Below, one piece after another: positions 12,551 through 24,900 of a stretch of DNA of 64,000 bases. This DNA comes from Vicugna vicugna (lineage: Eukaryota): positions 7,363,449-7,427,448 of the forward strand of contig MU058423.1 of assembly GCA_013265495.1 (NCBI GenBank), in the 5' to 3' direction. The position numbers and the translations under genes were made by a program. A model generated the notes under the pieces. That model made no database searches, had not been told where the DNA came from, and saw only the letters and a list, made by a program, of their open reading frames with translations. The stretch's first letter is position 1, and each line of letters opens with the position of its first letter.

Positions 12551-14800
12551 CAATTCACTGTCTCATGGGAGTGGCAGTGATGGAAATTTCAAGTGCTTCT
12601 CCAAGGCTACCCGCACAACCTCCCAGTATGTCATGTGATGGTAGCCAGAGACATGCCTCCTTCCCCACATCAGTACAATGGGCCCATGACGTTGATGATA
12701 TAATGTTGACATGTGAAGACTTGCTTCACATAAGGACACTCTGCAGGCTTTCCTGGAACCTCTGCAAGGGAGAGCGTGGGAAGTGAATGCACAGAAGATT
12801 CACAGCCCAGGCCCTGCCAAAAAGTTTTGGAAGTTGCTGGGTTGCGTAACATGCAAATTATGATTGGTAAGATGCAAGACTATCCAACCTCTAAGAAGGG
12901 ATTTTGGGGGGTTGGGGATTTCAGAGGACCTTTATCTGTCACCTGGCACAGTACCTCTGTCCCTTACACCACCTGGTAAAGCAAGGGCATGTGTGTGACT
13001 GGGGATCAGAGCAGCAAGTCCCTTCGAGAAGACACAAATACTAGTGAAGCAAAAAAAAGCTTTTGTATCTCCCAAGCAGGGCTGCCCTTTGAGTTAAGCT
13101 AGACATGTCTGTAAAGGTACGAGTTGGACATTATAACAGAGACAACAGAAGGAGAGAGCGGCGCTAGGTTTTGCTTCCATCACTAGAGGGGGCAGACACC
13201 TGATGCACCCGCACAGAGCAGCAGCTCCTGGCAGCGCACACAGTGCTGCTCCAGGCAGAGCTTCTCACAAAGGAGCAGGTACCGTGGTAAGAACTTCCCT
13301 TCCTATCAAGTGCTCGGCTGAGAATATGTTCCATCAACCCACTTCTACCAGGGCTCCATCTTCCACTTTGATTAAGGGGCACACTTATTGCAGCGGAGGA
13401 GCACCCACTCTGCCAGCCCACTTTGTCCTGTGGCAACTCCTGTGGCCTGTAAGAAGGGAATGGGAGAAATCTGCACTGATGCCGGCTAACACGAACAAAC
13501 TGCAGCAGTCAGTGGGCTACACTCAGAGTGGCTTGACTGCTGACCACTTGTGAGCCCTGGCTGTTAACCCTTTGCACTGACAGCTGAGTCATTCTAAAAG
13601 GGATTAATCATATGGCTTCGACAATGGGAAGCCGAGGGATGGGTGACCATGAATAAGCCCTTGTAGGGTCAAGATGTGTTGAAAAACATTTGAGTTTGCC
13701 TGCAAGAGCCTGCGGGGGCCTCCCTGTTTCCCCCGTCCTGGCTCATGTGGTCCTGGCAATTAGGAAGCTGACGCCTTAGTCCAGGTACAAACCCTAACAA
13801 CTGGCCCTCCCGTGGATCCAGCAGATTGGATGCCGCACTGAGTGGGATGGCATACGCCAAGGGTGCCAGATTGTCCTTGAAATACAGTGACTTTGTTAAT
13901 GCGGCAACAGCATGCCCTATGTATTCTAAACAACACCCAAGGCAACTGTCAAAGAAGTGCGGGGCCACCAACCAGAGCTCCAACCAGACTGACAAACCGG
14001 TGATCTTGGCTCCTTCCCTCCAAGTAAGGGTTCTAAACATACCTTGGTTTGTGTGGACACTGCATCTGGGTGTTGTGCTGGCACTAGGGGACTAGAGAAT
14101 CTGAGCATTACGTACAAATACGCTCACAGCTAGGCAGTGAGTGGGGGCCAGTTACAACCATCTTGACATACAACATTGAGAGAATAACATGACGTTGAAT
14201 GGAGGTTCCATCTTCCCTGTAATTCACATGCAGCAAGGTAACTGGAAAGGGAAAATGGACTATTAAAGGAGCACATTAAACTACTAACAGGTAAAACCAC
14301 CTTGGCCAGGTAGACTAAAGTACTGTCCTAGGCTTTGACACATTTGAATGATCAACCTGTAGGGCCTATTACCTCATATGCCGTATCGGGGACCCCTGCT
14401 GAGACACCCAAAGCCGCAAAGCTATGAAAGTCATGGGAAACAGCTCTTGCCCAACTCTCACTGTGGATCAATGTGCTGCTGAGAACACCAAGCCCCGTCC
14501 AGCCTGGGAAAGGAATTATCTACTGGAATTTGCAATGAGACATCCCACTGGGGTGGGTGAGTCATTTTGCACCCATGGATGAAGGGGAACTACTCAGTCT
14601 CCACGGAGATCCCTCTGTCCTGCTACAAGCTGAATCTGTTGAAACGTACTATACCTGGGATGGAACATACACCATCAAGAGAGAGGAGAAAGTGAGTTCC
14701 TCATTTCGCACATCCTGTCCTCAGTCCATATCCTCGTGTCTGACAGTGCAGCTTCCCCTGCCGACGTGTATGGTATACACGACCAAGTCAAGTTCCTGAA
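12551..14800 (+). pseudogene. pol: Disrupted retroviral pol (RT C-terminal part, RNase H, integrase, dUTPase-like region)
   Basis: QFTVSWEWQ*WKFQVLLQGY; WAH-DVDD-IML (YxDD motif mutated); VNAQKI; RNase H-like CTDS*V..GLIIWLRQW...KPL*G; integrase-like FPPSKGSKHTLVCVDTASG; many stops and frameshifts. Confidence 0.9.
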
Positions 14801-15360
14801 GCTGCCATCCTCCCTCCCTCTCCTCAAGGCCAGATGGACACGTTCTGTTTTCCACTGGTACGATCACTTGGCTGCTGCCTTTGTCCGCTCCGCTGGTCTG
14901 GAGGATGCTACAGCTCACACAGAAGCCCTTACTAAATTCACCCAGTAAGCCTTAAAGGATAGCCAACAGAGCCTGTCCTTACTGAACACTGAAATGTCTC
15001 TGATGAGAAAAGCTGTTCTCCAAAACAGGATGGCTTTGGACATTATGACTGCCGCACAAGGGATGCACCTGTCCCACTTTCTATCCAGAATGCTGTGTGC
15101 TCATACCTGATTCGCCTGCTAAAGTATCATCTTTGTTAAATCACATGAGGACACAAGGCCCTGAGTGATCGGACCCCTAGCCTAGGGGACTTAATAAATC
15201 TGTGGTTTGAATCATGGGGCACTTGGTGGAAAAAAATTGTTACTTATTTTGGGAATCATTATCCTAATCTGTGTTTTCTCTTGCATGTGCCTATACAGGT
15301 GTGTGGTGTCCGCATTCAGGGCAGCCAGATAGCCACCAAACGAGCCACTTCCATGTGAGT
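14800..15360 (+). pseudogene. env: Disrupted env, essentially the TM subunit only
   Basis: RWTR furin-like site (14832-14843), ISD LQNRMALD (15018-15041), C-PTFYPE-CC (15070-15096), hydrophobic LLLILGIIILICVFSCMC anchor; stop at 14946-14948 and frameshifts. Confidence 0.9.
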
Positions 15361-15442
15361 AAACCTCTTGCTGACAGCTCAGGGCACACTGAGGAAGAGG
15401 AGGGGCATGTGAGATTGTAAATGCTGATTGTGAGAGATGGAG

Positions 15443-15600
15443 TGTTGGAGGAGGTGACCGAGAGGATGTGATCACTGGTTGACCTTCAAGCTGAAAGCAG
15501 GCACTTAGAGACTCCTTACCAGCTCCCCTGTCCTTGGAATGCAAGTGCTGCCCACTGGTCCCACAGCCAGAGCCATGACAAGGCCGTAGCCTTGAGAGAG
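15443..15600 (+). repeat. ERV 3' LTR, truncated at its 3' end
   Basis: Follows the purine tract; similar to 10331-10500; runs directly into MLT1 sequence. Confidence 0.8.
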
Positions 15601-15692
15601 CACTCCATTTCCAAGTAAGGTCACGTTCCCAGGCCTCTCTGATTAGGACCTCCACACATCTTTTGTGGGTCACACAGTTGAACTCAACCATA
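15601..15692 (-). mobile_element. MLT1C-like LTR remnant (far end of the LTR interrupted at 10330)
   Basis: ccatttccaagtaaggtcacgttcccagg...gattaggacc...catcttttgtgggtcac. Confidence 0.7.
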
Positions 15693-15989
15693 TGATGCCG
15701 TATGTATCAGTTCCAGCTGTACCATACATTTGTAATGCTGTGCTCTACAAAACAGTGAAAGTCTCTGATTTCCTGTAGCTGGCAGTATAAGATGGCTTAT
15801 AGACACAAAACAAATACACCACTCAGAGCATATCGTGTATGCCCCAATGCAAGGTAAATTTTTTTTTTCTTCCAGAAGGATGATTTAATGAAGCCACTCA
15901 GTGATAATATTGTTTAAAACACTATCTGGCTTTATAAAATGATCTTTGGGAAGATGTTGCAAGATTCTGAATATAAGCCATTAAGTTAA

Positions 15990-16210
15990 GAGCAGGGCCA
16001 TTTTCTGAATGAGGGAGGATAGGAGAGAGGAAGGCTTGGGCCAAAATATCAGGAGACGGGTTGGACAAGTTAAATTTGAGATACCTACTAGGCATTGCTA
16101 TTGAGTGGGTAGCTATGTAAAGGAGAATCGAGTTCAGAGTGAAGGTCCAGGCTGGAGGCATAAAGATGGAGTCCTCAACACATAGCTAATATGTATTAAC
16201 ATGAGTGTGA
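15990..16210 (-). mobile_element. L2 fragment
   Basis: ttggacaagttaaatttgagatacct...gaaggtccaggctggaggcataaagatggagtc. Confidence 0.65.
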
Positions 16211-16213
16211 TGT

Positions 16214-16870
16214 TGTGATACAGTGAGAATTATTCATTTGGTCTTCATCCCCAGTTCCTGGCACCAAACTGCTGACACCCTTGGGATTTCCTGGGTGATA
16301 GTGGTGAGAGGGGTGTTTTTCTGTTATTTATAGTAAGTCCCTTTCAACCATGGTTGAAAGCACGTTAATGAGGTGACTCAGAGAATAGGGGCTGGTTGCC
16401 AGAGGAACAACTGATCATGCGACTAAGGGGTTGGAAATTTTATCCTCACCCAGTGTCCTCTGGGGAGAGGAGAGGGGCTGAACATTGACTTAATCAGCAA
16501 CGCCTAATAATTCAATCAACCATGCCTACATAATTAAGCTTCTGTAAAACTCCTAAACAATGAGTTTGGAAGAATTTCTGTGTTGGTGAACACATGGGGG
16601 TGCCTGGGAGGGTGACACAGCCAGCAGGGGCATGGAAGCTCCGTGCCCCTTCCCTATACCTTGGGCTATGTACCTCTTCATTTGGTTGTTTATCTACATC
16701 TTTTATTACATCCTTTATCATAAACCAGTAAATGTAAGTAAATGTTACCCTGAGTTCTGTGAGCTGTTTTAGAAAATTATCAAGAGGTTACAGGACCCCT
16801 CAATTTATAATTGGTTGCTCAGAAGTATAGGAAACACAGACTTGCAACTGACATCTAAAATAGGGCAATC
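16214..16870 (+). mobile_element. MER21-like LTR, 3'-truncated
   Basis: tgtgata...ggtcttcatccccagttcctggcac...gggctggttgccagaggaac...ggttggtgaacacat...gcatggaagctccgtgcccct...ccctgagttctgtgagc. Confidence 0.85.
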
Positions 16871-19201
16871 CTTTCCATAGAGCAGTGTGGAAAGAGCCTT
16901 CATGGTCTTTATAACTCCCTGATCTAGAAGCTGAATTGGAGACGTTGTGTTTGGGGGCAAGTAGACCACTTTCAGTGTTTAGTTTTTGAGGTCCTGGATC
17001 GCCAGGTGCATCATCCAATATCAAAAGAACTTTAAAAACAGACCTACCATATGATCCAACAACCCCACTTTTGGGTATATATCCGGAGAGAACGCTAATG
17101 TGAAAAGATACATGCACCCCAATGTTCATAGCAGCACTATATGCAATAGCCAAGACATGGAAGCAACCTAAATGTCCATAGACAGATGACTGGATAAAGA
17201 AGCTGTGGTATATTTATACAATGGAATACTACTTTGCCATAAAAAGAATAAAATAATGCCATTTGCAGCAATATGGATGGACCTAGAGATCGTCATTCTA
17301 AGTGAAGTAAGCCAGAAAGAGAAAGAAAAATACCATATGATATCATTCATGTGGAATCTAAAAAAAAAAAAGGACACTATGAACTCATCTACAAAACAGA
17401 AACAGACTCACAGGCATAGGAAACAATCTTATGGTTACTGGGGAAAGGGGGTGGGAAGGGTTTATTTGGGAGTTTGAGATCTACAAATGTTAGCCACTAT
17501 ATACAAAAATAGATATTAAAAAGTTTCTTCTGTACAGCACAGGGAACTATGCTCAATATCTTGTAATAACCTTTAATGAAAAAAAGTATGAAAATGAATA
17601 TATGTACATGCATGACAGGGACACTGTGCTGCACACCAGAAACTGACACTTTGTAACTGACTGTTCGTCAACTTAAAAAAAAAAAAAACTTTAAAAGACA
17701 GTCCCTTCCTGGCAAGGTACTTCCTGACTTCAGGGACAAAGCACTGATGGGACCAATCCAGAAGAATGGTTCTCATTGTACGGGGCTTCCTGCTGTACAG
17801 CCAAAAGACAGGCAGCTGGATTTATCTTTTCTCTTCGAGGGTCTGGGGTTAGCAGCCTTATAGGTAAGCGCAGTCCTAATTGTAAACCTGACTGCATTTG
17901 CACAAAATAGTAGAGTGTGCCTATCCCTTCCTACCTTAAATCCTGGTGTGTGCGTCTCTTCCTTGCTAATAAATATTGTGTGTGTGTGTGGTATTTTCTT
18001 CTGGAATAGGGCACTTTCATCTGCAGTAACAACCTGTCCAGGTAGCTATCTTTTCTCCTCAATAATTTTTTTAATGGTGTCTGAGAACTCACCTGGCGCC
18101 TCGCGGTCAGCAGACCGCTCTTCTTGTTTCTTGATTTTTTTTTTTAAGCCAAATCTCTCAAATTATCAAACCATCCTTTGCTGGCATTAAATTCTGCAGC
18201 TTGAGATCCTTAACCTTCCTTTTGCTTTAAGTGGTCTTAGAATGACTTCATTTTTTTCTCGAATTATATCAAGGCCTATGGGTATGCCGTTCTTATAGTA
18301 ATCCTGCACCCACACAGAAACAGCATTTTCAGTACAAGATACAAAGTTATTTCTCAAAAAAGGAAAGGTTTTTGCACCTACACCTTCTGACACAGCTGCA
18401 GAGACAGCTTCTCAAGTTTCCTTTTCTCTTTTTACAGTGGTTCTTAGGCTGGATTCATTTCTTGGAAGTGGTGCGTAACGGCAGCTGCAGACCTCAATCT
18501 CCAGTACATATCAAACAATTCAGTTTTTCTTGTTATATCCTGACTTGTCTCTGCTTCTTGGGAGCACGTCCAACATCACTACATTACTTTGTCTAGGTAT
18601 TATTCAAAGTTTATGGTATTGCACTAACTACAATGAAAAATACACAAGAACTGTGGGAGATCACTTTTTACTGTGATACGCAATTTACTGAAGAGACAAA
18701 ATCCTCACAAGGAGATGATTAGTGTCACACAGCGTTTTAAGTAAATACTTGCAACACTTGAGCTGACTGCAGTAGCACCAGGAGGTAGCTACAAAATTAT
18801 GACAATAGCACAGTGTGTACCAGTTAATTTTATGCAGTTATGTTTAATACTGTGTCTTTACATTTGTTTGCATTTCTCTTGACTGAGAACGACATCATGT
18901 ATGATCTATAAGTGTGTGTGTAATTTTGATAAATTTTAACTTTTTATAATAGATGTGGGTATATCTTATGGTAGTAAATAATAAAATAGACAATACCTAC
19001 ATATATTTTATGCATTCAAGACACACCTACATTTTTCTTTTTCTTTCTTTTTAAAAAATATTTCTAGGCTGTGTGGTTTTTCTGCAAGTTTTTTCAAATT
19101 GTTACAAATCCCCCCCAAAATTTCCAACATATTTATTGAAAAAAAATCCACATGTAAGTGGACCCATGCAGTTCACACCCATGCTGCCCAAGGGTCAACT
19201 G
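16871..19201 (-). mobile_element. Tigger2 DNA transposon (5' TIR plus most of the transposase), 3'-truncated, interrupted by L1
   Basis: TIR aagggtcaactg followed by TA at 19202-19203; transposase peptides GAKTFPFLRNNFVSCTENAVSVWVQDYYKNGIP, LDWSHQCFVPEVRKYLARKGLSFKV|LLILDDAPG. Confidence 0.92.
17038..17686 (+). mobile_element. 5'-truncated L1 (ORF2 end, 3' UTR, poly-A) inside Tigger2
   Basis: TSD core aactttaaaa at 17028-17037 and 17687-17696; poly-A tail; ORF2 C-terminal peptide IMPFAAIWMDLEIVILSEVSQKEKEKYHMIS. Confidence 0.95.
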
Positions 19202-19938
19202 TATTTTGTTAAATAGGCTTTTTCATTCAAAATATTATTTTGATAGACAATAGGGATGGGATGCTCTAAATCTCTTACTCTTAGTTATTGCCTTTTAAAA
19301 ATGAATCATAAAATATTGCTGACATTTCAAATCCTATCTAAAAACTCCATGACAAGATATTCTGGATCATTCAAGTATACAGGGATACATCATTATAAAA
19401 AAAAATTGCTGAAACATGAAGTTCATTACATCAAACATCTCATTTGGAGCTCCTTCAGGGTGGTGTGTGATTGAACATTATCAGCAAGACCTGAAGACGA
19501 CATGTTCATAAGGAACACTGTTTGATTGTATATATACACCCTGTGTGTGGTAATATAGCAATATTTCAATTCAGTCAATAAAAATATGTATCTCTTTTAT
19601 TTGGCTTGAAAATGTTACCACAGCCTAAGCTTTTGAAATGATACAGAAATATTGCCACTGGAAAAAGCAATAGTATGATATGACAAGATGATTTTTTGTT
19701 TATATTTTATATTTGGTTCATGTAATTTATAAACACAAAATTAAGGGTCAAGCATGCATATCAGAATATGTTAGAAATCAAAGTTCTACAATTTGAATCA
19801 AAAAACTACAGGCTTAGCATCTAATGACAGGTATTTCTTAAATGCTTCAAATTATGGCTGTAGCACAGTAAGAAAAATCATTTTATCTACCTTAATAATG
19901 GAACTGAATGACCTAGTAAATAAAATATTCTACCTAAT

Positions 19939-20320
19939 TGATATGGGGAGAATTGTGTTGCCCCCAAATTCTTCTGCTGAAGCCTTAACTCCCAGTACAA
20001 GAGAATGTGACTGCATTTGAAGAGAGGGTCTTTACAGAGGTAATTCAGTTAAAAATGAGTCCTTTGGAGTGGGGCCGAATTCAATTCAATCCAGTCTAAT
20101 AGGAGGAGGTCAGGGCACATGGAAAGACATTAGGGATGTGTAGGCACAGAGGAAAGATCACGGGAAGATACAGAGAGAAAGTGGCCATCTGCAAGCCAAG
20201 GAGAGACCTCAGAGTGAAATCTTGAACATCTAGCATCCAGAACTGTGAGGAATAAATTTCCGTTTTTTAAGCCAACGAGTCTGTGGCATTTTGTGATGGC
20301 AGCCTAGGCAAAGTAATACA
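19939..20320 (+). mobile_element. MLT1A/B solo LTR
   Basis: TG...CA ends, 5-bp TSD ctaat (19934-19938 / 20321-20325), ccagaactgtgaggaataaatttc...tttaagcc. Confidence 0.92.
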
Positions 20321-22587
20321 CTAATAAAGACTTTCTGAATATTTATTTAATCACAAGTTCTCAAGAATTACAAAGTAAGAAAAAATGCCTAACACTAAAA
20401 CCATACCAAACATAATTCAATTTGTCATGGTTTAGAATAAATTTTAGACATTGAAAAATCTGAAGTTATTATTATCAAGATGAATGACTACTGTATCTCA
20501 GAAGTAAATGCCATCCGAGAACATTTCCCTGACAATATAAAATACAACAGATTTTAGATTTTTTACTTTATTTTAAAATATTGAGTCTGAAAAAAAGCAA
20601 TTAAAATAATTGCCTTGCCATGAACAATTTAGCAGTAAAATCTAATGATAAATGCCATTTACTATTAAATAAGAAAAATGTAGTATAAATTGTTTAAAAT
20701 TTTAATAAGCTATATTAAGTAAAATATTTTACTTTTCCTTATTACATATTTTATTTTTAGGTAAAGAAATTTATATTTGATAGCATCATAGAAGGCATAC
20801 TTTCCTAATTTCACCTGTGGATGATAGCAGGGACTGCATAAATGCAAATTTTAATTTTATATTTTCATTAACTTTGTATAAAACATTGTGTGCAATCACT
20901 GAAATATTAAAAAACTATTAAAGCTTGTCCTCTCCTTCTCACTCTCATTTTCTTTCTCTCTCTCAGTACTTCCTTGGGAAGTGTCTCAAGAAATTCCTTA
21001 TTTTGTTTTAAGAGTAATTTTTTGTTACATTTTCTAAAATTTTTTAAAGTAAAACTTATTTTTTAAGGATCTTATTTGTTTTTTATATTTGCCCAAGTTG
21101 ATTTTATTGTTTTATCTTTCCTGTGAATACCTTATATAATATTTTTCTAAAAAAATAAGTATTTACATTGCTGACTTTCCTTTTCAATGTAATTGTCTAG
21201 GTTCTCAGCTCTGTGCATGGTTACTATAGTAAGACCTCATTGAATTAAAGACTTGTTCAAAGAGAAAAGAAAGAATGGATTTTACTAAGGTAAATACCAA
21301 TGTTTATGACACTGTGCTATGTTTTGACTAACTTTTACTGAACATTTATAAAATGCATATAGAACAGTTTTTCATACATAACCATATAGATGTGTACAGA
21401 GGATGGGTACACTAGAATGGGGCAGAAGTGACAGAGGTGAGGGCTCTGGCCAATGCCTTGTGTGATCACATCATAGACAAAAATACCATAAAAATCAAAT
21501 AAAAATGAGTTATCTCTCACTAATCACAAACCAACATTAGTTATCATTTGTATGTAAAATACATCTGCATATATAAGTATACTATATTTACATGTGCATT
21601 CATACAAATTATATACATATATACAATTTCTAGACAAATGCCCAGTTTTCAAACCACAGTTTGTTAGAGAAGAATTGAAAAAATGGTTACTATTCCAGAA
21701 AAAAACATCTCATAAAGGCACAGAAGTTGCATGTGGTTCACACTATGGCTATTCTTTTCGTTAGCTTCATAGAGAAAGGTAATGTCAGAGACAGATGTTG
21801 CAGTCTTAATTTGCAGTGATTATCAGAATCACAGAGACAATGAGCCAACTTAATAAGCCACCTTTAAAAAGTATTCTTGTATAAATTTGAGAATGTAAAG
21901 GCCAATTTGCTGAAAAGAAAATGTAACGGTTAAACAAATGAAAGGAAGCGCACAATGAGTGGGTGTATGCTGAAGCCCAGACGAACAAATTATACTGTTC
22001 ACCTAAGGAGACTTTTTGTTTTTAATTTACCAAGCTAAGGGTGGTTGTACTCACCAAGTCTATTTAGTTAGATCTGAAGATAAAATTCGTTCTCTTTCTG
22101 TCTAGTTGATTCCAACTCACAGGTATAAGCCCTGGAGCAGAATAACATTTACAATAATCAGGCATTACAGTTAAGGGTGGGAAGGGCTGTGCTAAAAAGT
22201 GCAGGGGGAATTTATGTCTTCTCTCCTTTTATTGCTTCTAGACCTTCACATGTGTCAATAACTCTTGTATATTGATTTCTATGTAAGTTGCAAATGAACT
22301 GAAAGGAAAATATGCATGAAGTGACCATTCTGTGTATCATTTCCTCATTTCCTATTTGTGTTGCTATGATTTATCCCCTTTTGGATTAGTCTTTTCATTA
22401 TCTCAAATTTAATCTAGTCCAACCAAAAAATTAGATATGACCTAGTAACATAGGTCTGAAAGGGAGTACTAAATTTAATGCCAGTCTAAACTCATCATTA
22501 TTCAACTAATGGAGTCAGAGATATGAAATAACCAGCTAGAGTCATTAGAAGGTACACACACATTTTCTCACTTCTAATCCAGTGCTT

Positions 22588-22683
22588 TTTCTCAGGAAAA
22601 ATATTCTCAACTTTTCATCCCTCAAAGAATGTAAGATTTTGCAAATTACTTAGCAGCTGAGTAAAAAATGACATGTGAATTGT
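22588..22683 (+). repeat. 96-bp dispersed direct repeat, copy 1
   Basis: 90/96 identical, ungapped, to 30215-30310. Confidence 0.95.
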
Positions 22684-22850
22684 CACACGCCATTCACGGA
22701 AAGACACTATATTCTTCATAATATTGATGCAGGAAATGATCATACAGAATCATACTTAAGTAGACTAGTAAATAAATTTATTCCAAAAATGAAAACCAGG
22801 TCTCAGATCCATAACATTATTTCACAAAGACATAGTATAGTTTTTACCCA

Positions 22851-24180
22851 ATTATTTTTATTATGGTAATGCATACACATAGCATAAGATTTACCATCTT
22901 ATCTATTTTTAAACACACAATTTAATGGTATTAAATACATTCATATTCTTCTTCAATCTTGACCACCATCCATCTCCAGAAATCTTCTATCTTGCAGAAC
23001 TGAAAATCTATACCCATTAAACAGTAACTGCTCATTCTGCCCTTCCCCAGCCCCTGGCAATCACCATTCTATTTTCTGTCTCAAAGTTGGCTATCTAGGT
23101 TTCTCATATAAGTGGAATGACAGAGCCTTGTCTTTTTTTAAGTGCTCATTTCACTAGGCCTAATGTCCTCAAGGCCCATCTATGTTGTAGCATGTGTTAA
23201 AATTTCCTTCCTTTTTAGTGCAGAATAATATTCTACTGTATGTATATGCCATATTTCACTTATCTACTTATCTGTTTATGGGCCCCGGGGTTGCTTCCAC
23301 TTTTTAGATATTATGAATAATGCTATTAACATGAGCGTATAAATTTCTCTTTAAGATTCTGCTTTCAATTCTTTTGGGCATATACCCAGAAGAAGAATTG
23401 CTGGATCACATGGTAATTCTATTTTTAGTTTTCTGAAGAACCACCATACTGCTTTCCAAGGTGGCTACATCATTTTACATTCCCACTAACAGTACACGAG
23501 GGTTCTGATTTCTCCACATTCTCACCAACACTTGTTATTTTCTATTTTTTAACAGTTGTCATCCTAAAGAGTATGAGGTGACATCTCATTGTGATTTTGA
23601 TTTGTGTCTCCCTAATGATTAGTGGTATTAAACATCTATACATATGCTTATTGAACATTTGTTTATCTTTGGAGAAATGTCTATTCAAGTCCATTGCACA
23701 TTTTTATATAAGGCTGTTTGGTTTTTGTTGTTGTGTTTTAGGAGTTTCTATGTATTCTGGATATTAATCACTTATTAGATATATAATTTGCAAATATTTT
23801 CTCCCATTCTGTGAGTTGTTTTTTTTTAATCCCATTGACAGTGTCTTTAGAGGCAGAAAAGTTTTTAATTTTCATGAAGTCCAATTTATCTATTTTGTCT
23901 TTTGTTGCTTGCACTTTTGGTGTCATATCTGAGAAACCACTGCTCATTCCAACGTTGTGAAGCTTTTACCTTAAATTTTCTTCTACAGGCTTTATAGTTT
24001 TAGTTCTTACATTTAGGTCTTCCATCCATTTTGAGTTACCTTTTGTATATTGTTTTATATAAGTGTCTAAATTCATTCTTTACTTTGTGCATATCCTGTT
24101 TTTCCAGCATCATTTGTTGAAAACGCTGTTCTTTCCTCCCTGAATGGTTTGGCACACTTGTTGAAAATAATTTGACTATA
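22851..24180 (-). mobile_element. L1MB-type ORF2 end plus 3' UTR
   Basis: tttaccatcttatctatttttaa...cccagcccctggcaatcacc...gaattgctggatcacatggtaattctattttt...ccagcatcatttgttgaaaa. Confidence 0.9.
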
Positions 24181-24749
24181 GTATATTCTCTTGAGATAGC
24201 TTAAATTTGATCATAGAATAAGAGGGTCTGTATATTGTTCAGCTTTAATATAAAGAGCTTTTCTTTCTTGATCATGCTTAATGGATTTTTAAAAATTTGA
24301 TCACTAAAAGTGATTAAATAATACATTTTAGTCTCTGGTTACAGCCATTTTATAAGCCAATGTAAACTATTTTTATACTTAAGAAGTTCATTTCTCTTCT
24401 TTTTCACATATTTTTCTATATTTGAGCATAGGTGGTACAAGAATTTATTTCACTAGACACATACACACAAAATATAAAACTCTTTAAACACCATGTATTC
24501 ATCCATTTATTCACTCTTTATATATTGATACATTCAAGAATCTATTATTAATGACAAAGCATTGTTAGGGGTTCTGAGATTGCAGTGGTAAAGGGACCAA
24601 GTCTTGGTTCTTCAAGTCACTCTACATAAATACAGGCAAAGAGCCTACAGTGTCATGGGAATTACTATTAAGAGACACAAGAAGAGTGTAGGAAACATCC
24701 TTTGCTTAGAGGTCGAGTATCAGGGACGTATTGGGATATGACGTTAGCT

Positions 24750-24900
24750 GTATATAGTATATTTGGATGATATACACCTAATACATATATACTATAATTA
24801 TATATATATATATAGGTATTGTAATATATGACACAATTATATATGCACTAATGTATTACATATGCCCTATATGTGCATAAATATTTGAGATATGTAATAA
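24750..24900. repeat. TA-rich low-complexity / (TA)n tract
   Basis: Direct inspection. Confidence 0.7.

Larger units (their letters stand above)
10331..15600 (+). mobile_element. Defective endogenous retrovirus: class III-like pol plus env TM, two related LTRs
   Basis: LTRs both start tgttggag (10331 and 15443); purine tract gagagatggag at 15432-15442; RT, RNase H, integrase and env motifs in between. Confidence 0.9.

Noticed and set aside
14736..15360. Domesticated env / syncytin-like gene
   Set aside because: In-frame stop at 14946-14948, frameshifts after the ISD and before the anchor, and no SU or signal peptide
16871..18600. Domesticated TIGD-type transposase gene
   Set aside because: Multiple frameshifts, an L1 insertion in the catalytic region and 3' truncation; TIR retained as in an ordinary Tigger2 copy
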